Source of the DNA: Camelus ferus | Taxonomy: Eukaryota | Direction: 5' to 3' | DNA: 64,000 bases | NCBI RefSeq assembly: GCF_009834535.1 | Contig: NC_045705.1 | Coordinates: 64,852,001-64,916,000, forward strand | Shown: positions 55,826-64,000 of the stretch, in pieces | Position numbering within the stretch: position 1 is the first letter of the stretch | Layout: each line of letters begins with the position of its first letter | Translations under genes and position numbers: made by a program | The notes under the pieces: generated by a model | What the model was told of the DNA's origin: nothing | Database searches by the model: none | Seen by the model: the letters and a program-made list of their open reading frames with translations, nothing else

Positions 55826-58800
55826 CACTTCTGGTTTATGTCTGTCTCTTTGATTTTGAATTGCTGCTTTGTCCAGGGCCATTTCTCATGACAGGCAGGC
55901 TGTGAGGGTAGTGGGCAGGGGCAGATGGGGAGACTAACAGGGGACCCTGATTTAACTTAGGAGTCAGAGAAGGCCTCTTATGAAGCATCAGTCTGCAAGC
56001 TGAGAAAAGGCCAGTGGTCTGAAGAGTAAGGGAGGAGCAGTCATGCAGAGGGAGCATGTCTGGAAAGGCCCTAGGCAGCCCTGAACTTGGTTCACCCCCA
56101 TGACCTTTGCATGTGATGTCTGAGTGATGGCTGATCTCATTTTGACCACAGACCTCAGGGTAGGCATTTGGGCTCCAGTCATCGCCCCCAACATGGACCA
56201 AACCCAAGCCTCATCATTCTTTAAAACTCTGCTGAACCCCTTCTGGGAGCACCCACATCCCAAGAAGGGCCCCTGGTGCCTTGGGACCATCTGACTGGCA
56301 GAAAGGACTTCATTGGTGGAGGCAGTGCTGGTTCAGTCCAGGGAGGTGGTTCCCCGGGAGAGGAGTCTAGGTGAGCTGTGGGGGAGATGATGCTCATGAG
56401 GCCTGAGCAGCAGTCGGTGAACTGTGGGGTGCGGAGGGTCAGGGGGGCCAGCAGGGGTTGGGCTGAGGATCATTGCTGCCTGCGGGCCCTGCCCTTGCCC
56501 TCTGCCTCTTGTCCCTGGGAAGCCATGTGTTTCAGCAGCAGCAGGTGGTGATTATTAGACCCCTGCTGTGTTTAGGCGCTCACAGTCTAAGGGAGGCAGA
56601 TGCTTGAGGTATAGTAAAACTCCTTGGCACCATCCTGTGGGGTGTGAACTGTACTGCCCTGTTAGACCCCAGAGAGGGTAAGTAAGTAGGCCTGGCTCAT
56701 TCAGCCACTTAAGAGTTCGGATTTGAGCCAATCAGTTGGCCCCTGGGAGCTTTACTCACACATAGCTGCCTGCTGTGTGCTCTGTCAGCACCAGGCCCTG
56801 AGGGGCCCTCCCTGCCCTGCCTGGCCATCTGCTGGGGCTCGGGCAGGTTCAGAGCTGGCTAGGGCAGGCTGCACTCATTCAGGGCTTCCAGAGAAAGTCA
56901 AGGAGGGGCCTCTTGGAGGACATGGCCCTTGAGATAGTGGGACTGGTGCTCTGGCAGAGGGAACGATATGGAGGGTGGAACAGCCCAAGTTGCTGCAGGA
57001 AGTAGAGCTGCTGAGAGTTTGCCAGGAGGGCAAGGGCCTTTTAAGACCTAAGCTGCTTACCTTTCACCCTGCCAGTGCCTTAGGCCAGTAAAGAATTTCT
57101 GCAGGGAAGTGACAGGTCAGATTCCCACCTGGGCTCCTGTGCAGAGGTAGAGTTGAAGTGGGGTGGGTGGGAGGCAGGGGAGAGGCCAGGTGGGCAGCGC
57201 AGGAAAGGACTGATGACCAGGTGAGTGATGGCCAGGAGGTGGAGGCTGTGACGAGGGAACTGTTGGGTGCTGGAAGGAAGGGTGAGTCCAGGGGGCCACT
57301 TGGCTGGAGGGCTAAGGGGCTGGGTGGTTGGGGTGGTGTCCATGTGGTTGGGCTCTGAGCAGAGGGGTCAGCTTCCTTGGAGGGGTCATGGGCTGGGGCA
57401 GGGAAGGGGGTTTCCCAAGCCCTTGTAACCTGCCTCTGGGTCCCAGCACTCTCCTGGACTTGAAGGCAGGAAGGTCCTTACTTTCCCAGACATTATCCCT
57501 CTTAATCCTCTGGTCATATAAAGGAGGAAACTGAGGCATATGTAGAGTTTCCCCCATAGTCACCTGTGTGCACACCAGTGAGTGGTCTTGAGCCCCCTGA
57601 GAGCCCAGGTAGAGGGAGTGACTGAGTCCGCAGCTGGGTTCTCAGAGCCTTGTGTCTGCCAGTGTAGATGGCGGGTCAAATGGGCTCCCCACGGGCTGGC
57701 ACCCTTCTTCTGCTTCCCTGCAGACCTTGTGCCACCCAGCAGCTCCTCACTATCAGCGCAAGTCCAGGTTCCATCCTTGCTACTCAGCTCCTGTTCCCTC
57801 CACTCCTGGCCTCACATCTGGGCTGGCTGAGGTCCAGTGAGTCCTCGGAGAGGAAGTGTCCCCTCCAGGGTCCTGTTGCCACTGGCTGGGCCTTTAGGGC
57901 ATGATGAGGGGGCTTCCAGGGCTGGGGTGGTCCTTTTGGACAGCATGATGGGAGTTAGGTACAGGTGCAGGTGGGCCTTTGGCCTCAGTGACCCTGGCTG
58001 CTGTCCATAAGCCTCAGCTTGCTGGGGTGGGGGTGTCCTGTGAAGCTGCTTCAGGTGCTGGAAGGCCCGAGATCGGCCATCATGTGGCAAGAGTTCTAGC
58101 CTGTGACACCTCCTCCAGGGCAGAGGTCAGGTTTTAGGCCTATAGATAAGGGCAGGCCAGGCCATGGCAACCTGGACCAGCAAGTTCTGGAGGCCTGGGG
58201 CTACACTTAGCAGAGCGGTGACATGACATTCCTGGGCTGTTGGTGGCCAAAGGGCCAACATTAAAACCAATCAACCAACTCCCCACCCCCAAACATCCAC
58301 CTAACATATCCATAAATAAAATGTCCTGACCAGCCCAAGGCTGCAGCAACTATACCTAGGAGGCAAAGGATTTGACTTAGCATCAGCGCTTCTGGGCCTT
58401 TTCTGGGTCAAGAATTCCTTTGAAGTGTTGAGAAGAGCAATGCCCCTTTCCTTTGAACACATGCCCTGCACTGGGACACCTAAGGAACTGGGAAGATCTC
58501 TCCAGGGGGAATCTTTCTCATCTCTTGCAGAATCAAACCTGAGCTTCTGAGAGAATGAGAGGGTGGAAGGGGTCCCCCATTTCTGGCCTACATTAGGATG
58601 GGGCTGCAGCCATGCAGGCACCGTGCCTGAGAGCACTGGAGGCTACTGGCCCCAAGAGAACACACCCCGCTGGTCCTGGTTGGGGTTTGGCTACCCAGGC
58701 ATCAAGGAGTGACAGCGTAGAAAGTATGTGTGTGTGTGTCTCTTTTAGAGAAGTTTGGGTAACATCTGTGTGAATGCACAGATTCTTAGCATTAATAAAC

Positions 58801-59079
58801 ACGTATATCAATCTGTTTTGCTATTAATATTTGCATCAACTCTCCCTGCTTGAGCTGGGGATCATATTTTTATACTTAACACAGGTAAGGTGCCCTGCTC
58901 AAGGTGGGGAACAGAGGAAATACTCAAACGTGTTTTGGGAGGGAGTGAAAAAGTGAAGGGAGGGAGAGAGAAAGCTCTCCAGCTTCCCAGATATTGGTTC
59001 CCATCATTTCAGCATAAACTTGACCATAGTGGTTCTGAATTAGAACTAGATTTGCCTGAGAGGGATGTAAATACCAGGG

Positions 59080-59532
59080 ACTTAATACAGAGGCTTAGCT
59101 CACAGACATGCAGTAGGAAGGTTGATAATCTAGGGCTAGTATGGCAGCTGTATGATTATTAGAGACCCCTGCTCCTTCTGTCTTGCCACTCTGCCATTTT
59201 AAACATGTGACTTCTACCTCACAATCCAATGTGGCTGCTTGAATTCCAGCCGTCACAGCCAAAGTCCAGCCAGCAGGAAGGAGGAAATGGGGAATCGGAG
59301 ATAAAAGGCCCATACCAGCTGTCTCTGAAGAGGGTTTTCTGGAACCTGCCCTGTATCATTTCCGCTTAAATCTTGTTGGCCAGAAGTTAGTCACATGATC
59401 ATAGTAGCAGCCAGAGACGCTGGGAAACATCGACTTTATTCCAGGGTGCCATGTGTCTAAAAAGTCAGGGGTACTATTACCAAACAAGAAAGGGAGAAAG
59501 GATATTGGGTGGACAACAAGCAGTGTGGGCCA
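59080..59532. mobile_element. MaLR (MLT1-type) solo LTR
   Basis: caatgtggctgcttgaattccagccgtcac...tgttggccagaagttagtcacatg...gctgggaaa...ggatattgggtggacaac, typical of old MLT1 LTRs. Subfamily not resolvable by eye. Confidence 0.6.
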
Positions 59533-60039
59533 CCTGAGGGGATTGCCTCTGAGCAGAAGAAACTTTGCGGGGGTGCTCCAGGGCCTCCCAAGGGACAATG
59601 TCACTTCCCTGCTACTCCCATCAGCCTTGGCAGGAGCACATACTAAGTTGTCTCAGATCCTTGTGTGATTGCCTCATATCCTCAAGCTCTGTCCCTGCAA
59701 CTTTAGTCTCCACCGTCACCCTGATTCCTTAGCTTGTGGGTTCTCCAAGCTCTGGCCTCTTCAGCATCTCCCTGACAATGTTCACAATGGGATGCCCCTC
59801 CCTTTCCTATTCCTGCCCAAGTGACTCTACCTTGGAGGCTCCAGGTCAATCCCATTTGCTGAGGACAACAGCCCATTTCCAGTCCCTTCTCTGAACAAGT
59901 CTATGTGGGTTACACTCTCAGCTTTATCAAAGACAGAGTTTCTTTGACATATAATTCACCCTTCAAAAGTGAACAATTCAGTGGTCTGTAGTCTATTCAC
60001 CAAGTTGTGCAACTATCACCACTACAAAGATGGATTTTT

Positions 60040-60228
60040 AAAAAAGTGATATTTAGTATATCTTTATTTATTGGCCATTTAATTTTCTTTTTTTGTTTGT
60101 TTGTTTTATTGGGGGAGGGTAATTAGGTTTATTTATGTATTTCCATTTGGAGGAGGTACTGGAGATTGAACCCAGGACCTCACGCATGCTAAGCATGCAC
60201 TCTACCACTTGAACTATAACCTCCCCCT
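60040..60228 (-). mobile_element. tRNA-derived SINE (camelid-type) with 13-bp target duplication
   Basis: Element head at about 60227. AAGATGGATTTTT occurs at both 60027-60039 and 60229-60241. Confidence 0.85.
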
Positions 60229-62124
60229 AAGATGGATTTTTTAATCTCAGTGATTTCTCCCAGGATGAATCTGCTTGTCTCTTCTGAGCATTGCGATGCA
60301 CGTGTGCACGTCCTCATGTAGCTGTGAAAGTATGTTCAGGTTCTCTGGGGTTGCACAAGACCCCCACAGTCACATCAGCATCTTGCATCCAGCAGCTGTT
60401 TGATGAGAGTCATCTCTGCAACAGGCACTGTGCGGGGCCCTGGCGACAGAGCAGTGCATGTGCGGGGCACCGGCCCTGGCGGCGCCTCTGCAGGGCACTA
60501 CTTCAGTAGTGTTCTCCCAGAGCGGGCAGTGCCTGCGTAGCTCTGGTTCCCACCTCGATGTGCTCACAGTTTAGTGGGGGCGCCAGACTCCAGGTGAGCC
60601 CTTGTAAAGAGTGTGGTGAAACTATGACGACCAGAAAGAAGCACAGGTTGGTCGTTTAGGGTATTACAGAACCCTACCCACTACCCTACCCTACCGTGGC
60701 GGGGTTGGGGGTGGTGGGAGGGAGAAAAGGACTTCCGGCTGTGGCTGAGAAATGAATAGGCGAGAGCCGAGTGAGCAGAGGTGGAAAGGGTGTTCCAGGT
60801 GGTGGGAATAGCCTGTGCTAAGGCCTAAAGTTGAGGCAGACAGGAGAGGTCAGGACTGAGCTGCCCAGGGGAGGGCAAAACAGGGATTCTGACCACGCTG
60901 CACAGCACGGGTGGGTTCCCTGGGTGGACACTGAGTGTCTCCAGGATTTGGCTAGGGGCAGCTCCAGATACATTTCTATTTTTGTTTCCTCTTGGGCTTC
61001 TTCCTTGGAGCATGTTCCCAAATGGTAAGAATGCTGGGTCAAAGGGCACCGGCGGTTTTACTGGTGTCTAGGAACTCTGAGGCTGTTTTAAGGGCCGTTG
61101 TGGATGTGTGCATGTGCCCCTCTCCCCACAGTGTGCCAGCCCCAGTTTTACCTTCTGGATTTATTTTTTTGCTCGCTTAATGGATATTTAATGGTACCTC
61201 GGAGCTGTCTTTGATATGTGTGTCATTAATTATGGGGGAGGCTGGCAACCTCGGGGCTTGGCACTGGTCTCCCCGTGCTTGCTAACTGGGCTCTGGGCTC
61301 CAGCCCTTCCCTCCCGCTGTGACAAGGCAGTGGGTACCAGGGGGAAGATGCAGCTCTCAGAGCGAGCCTGAGGACTTGCGTTTACTCTCAGTTGCCCTCC
61401 TTATCCCCATGCCCCTCTGAGCCTCACTCTCCTCATCTCTGAAACAGGAATTCATTTGTTCAAAGACATTAATTCGGCGGCCTTCTGTGTCGTGGCTCTA
61501 CCATTTCCTGGCTGTGTGGCCTTAAGTGAGTGACTTAACCTCTCTGTGTTAAGTCTCTTCATCATAAAAGGCGACGATGATCACAGCCCCTATATTCTAC
61601 GGCTGTGGAGGGGATTGAGTGATTAATACACGTGAAGGACAGAGCCGGCAAGGGCAAGGGGTCAGCATATGTTGGCGCTCTCATGGTCTCCGGGGCCTGG
61701 CCTGCAGCCCTGGATGACCCCACAGCATTCCTGTCATCATGGAGCTCCCACTCTAGTGGGGAGCAGACGAAGCGAACAAGGGAAGCTTCAGAGCAGAATA
61801 AGACTACAAGGGAAGAAGGACTGGGGTCTCCTTTAGAAAGGGAAAATCTTTTTTGAGACAGAGGCCATTAGGCAAACCAGTAGGGAGAGAAGCAGCTGGA
61901 TGGGGGTAGAGCGAGGGTGTGCGCGGAGGTGGGCTAGAGAGGGTGTTACTGGTTGGGGAGCAACAAGTGCAGAGGTGCCTAGGGCAGGAGAGAGACTGAC
62001 GAAGCTGGTCCGGAGATGGTGTGCGGCAGAGGAAGTGGGGGTGTGCAAGTGCAAGTCCATGGTGAGCTGGGGTCGCTCTGCTGGGCCTCGGAGGAGGTCA
62101 GGGTGAAAGGCTTTTTTTAAAACT

Positions 62125-62265
62125 TCTATTTTTATTTTAATTTTTTTTTCATTTGGGTGGGGAAGGGGTGGTGTGTTTATTTTATTTAAATAGAGGTACT
62201 GGGGATTGAACCTAGGACCTCGTGCATGCTAAGCATGCTCTCTGCCACTGAGCTCTACCCTTCCC
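62125..62265 (-). mobile_element. tRNA-derived SINE (camelid-type)
   Basis: gaggtactggggattgaacctaggacctcgtgcatgctaagcatgctctctgccactgagctctacccttccc. Confidence 0.85.
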
Positions 62266-62269
62266 TAAT

Positions 62270-62421
62270 TTTAATTTTGTAATTTTTAGTTTATTTTTAG
62301 GGAGAGAGGGTAGGTAATTAGGTTTATTTACTTATTTATTTTTAATGGAGGTACTGGGGATTGAACCCAGGACCTCTGGCATGCTAAGCACACGCTCCAC
62401 CAGTGAGCTATACCCTACCCT
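62270..62421 (-). mobile_element. tRNA-derived SINE (camelid-type), tandem with the previous copy
   Basis: ggtaattaggtttattt...ggaggtactggggattgaacccaggacctctggcatgctaagcacacgctccaccagtgagctataccctaccc. Confidence 0.85.
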
Positions 62422-63781
62422 TGAGAGGCTGCAACTTGATTCAAAGTACAGGGAAGAATCACTGAAGGGTTTTAAGCAGGGAAGGGTTACGAGCCAGTCA
62501 GTATTTCTGAACGACTCCTGGAGGCCACTGGGAGAAGGATTGGTGCCAGGGTGCCAGTCTTGGCAAGAGGCTTAGGGCCAGGCAGGGCCCTCCGGAGCAT
62601 GGGGGCGCCCTGAGGAGAGCAGGAAGGGAGAGCTGACCGAGTGTCAGGTAGTCGGGGCTGGGCTCTGCCATGTCCTCTCAGTGCTGGGTCCCAGGCCTTG
62701 TAGGCCGCACCCTGAGTCCCCGGGCAGCTGGCCCGGCACTTGGCAGATGGCCCTGGGCCCCACCCTCCCTGGCTCCGGCTTCCCACTGCCTTCTCCCACC
62801 TGGGCAGCTCGTTTGGGCCGCTGTGCTGGGCCTTTCCGCTCTTGCCCTACTCTGGCTATTTCCACCCCCAAATGGTGGGTAGGAAAATCACCCCTTCTCA
62901 GACACTTGGATGGGGAAGAAGGAGTCCCTCAGACCCAACACCAGAGGGTCAGGCGCCCAGAAGTTCCCAGAGCTGTTTTTTGATTTTAGTTCTTGAGCCT
63001 GGGGCCCTGAACCATCTGGTTAGGGAGCTGGGCCCCAGGCAAGCCACTGGGGTACTAGGCAGGGCACGGGGCCCACTGCAGGCAGGGAGAAAAAGCCATT
63101 CTCTGACATAGCTCTGGTTGGTCCTGGGCACCGGCTGAACCCAGCTGCCACCTGCCCTGGCCTTCCTGGACTCTACTTCCTGGAGCCCCAGTACCCTCCT
63201 GCCTCTGGCCTTTTAGGGGTTGGACCAGGGCTAGAGAATTCAAAGCCAGAAGGAAACTGGGAGATGAAATCTTTGCTACTCCCACCCTGTGCCGACGGGG
63301 AAGGTGAACCCTGAGCGGGAAGATTGCTGGGACACGGTGGCAGTTGATGACATTGTCCATTTGTTTGTCTGTCTTTCTCTGCTCCTTGCCTGTCTCCTGG
63401 TGTTCCCCATGTTGGCAGCAGTGGGCACCAACGCTCCTTAAAAACTTCCAGAAAAAGATACCTGAGAAGGGCGGTCATTATGGCACTGGAGTAATAGCAA
63501 AAGATGCAGATAGTTAAAGTCTTTGTTACCCAGAGACAGCTGAATAGATGATGGGAGAGCAGCACAGTAGAATGCTACGTAGCCCTTAAAAAGGCCAAGG
63601 CCAATGGTTCGGAACAGAAATGAAGCAGACGGTGGACTGTACTTGGGTGTGGTTGCATCTACCTGTTATAGACGGACATGGGAGCTGCAGCTCAGGAAGG
63701 ACACAGAAAATGCCAATGAGGGGCTGGGGACTTGGGGTTGGGAGACTTGATTTTTTTCTCTATATTTTTAAGCACCTTGAC

Positions 63782-63947
63782 TTTTTTTTTTTTTTTTTTT
63801 TTTTTGGTGGGAGGAGGTAATTAGGTTTATTTATTAATTTTAAATTTTATTTCTCTCTCTCTTTTTTTAGTGGAGGTACTGGGTATTGAACCCAGGACCT
63901 CATGCATGCTAAGCAGGTCCTCTGCCACTGAGCTGTACCCTACCCCC
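63782..63947 (-). mobile_element. tRNA-derived SINE (camelid-type) with long poly(A) tail
   Basis: A T-run of about 24 nt, then ggtaattaggtttattt...ggaggtactgggtattgaacccaggacctcatgcatgctaagc...gagctgtaccctacccc. Confidence 0.85.
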
Positions 63948-64000
63948 TATTTTATTTTATTTATTTACTTATTTTGTTTTTACCCTACCCCCTCTTGACT

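Noticed and set aside
55830-64000. Possible start of CCDC88B or a novel gene downstream of PRDX5
   Set aside because: No CCDC88B-like peptide, no CpG island and no chain of compatible exons. The region is dominated by L2, MIR, LTR and SINE remnants.

Overview
This is GC-rich mammalian genomic DNA. It is the well-known gene-dense syntenic block (human 11q13.1): PLCB3 (+, exon 1 upstream of the window), BAD (-), GPR137 (+), KCNK4 (+), CATSPERZ/TEX40 (+), ESRRA (+), TRMT112 (-) and PRDX5 (+). About 8 kb of repeat-rich intergenic DNA follows. Six copies of a tRNA-derived SINE suggest a camelid (camel/alpaca/llama). I placed exon boundaries by hand from GT-AG sites and recalled protein sequences. 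The six fully sequenced genes, and PLCB3 exons 2-31, join into open frames of the expected size. Four N-gaps (136-207 nt) lie in or around ESRRA and hide its zinc-finger DNA-binding domain. I see no evidence for a new gene or a new multi-gene system, and nearly all long six-frame ORFs are GC-rich by-products. The best second-look items are small-scale: a KCNK4 start codon built across a splice junction, a lineage-specific (PTP)n expansion in KCNK4, and a promoter-like BAD 3'UTR facing antisense. Others are a U12 intron in PLCB3 with a competing branch point, a strand-biased TGAC/DR1-rich PLCB3 intron, and a disabled human-type GPR137 C-terminus. ESRRA also carries a single-copy 23-bp autoregulatory element and a junction-spanning uORF. 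Comparisons with human or mouse come from memory and need alignment to confirm.
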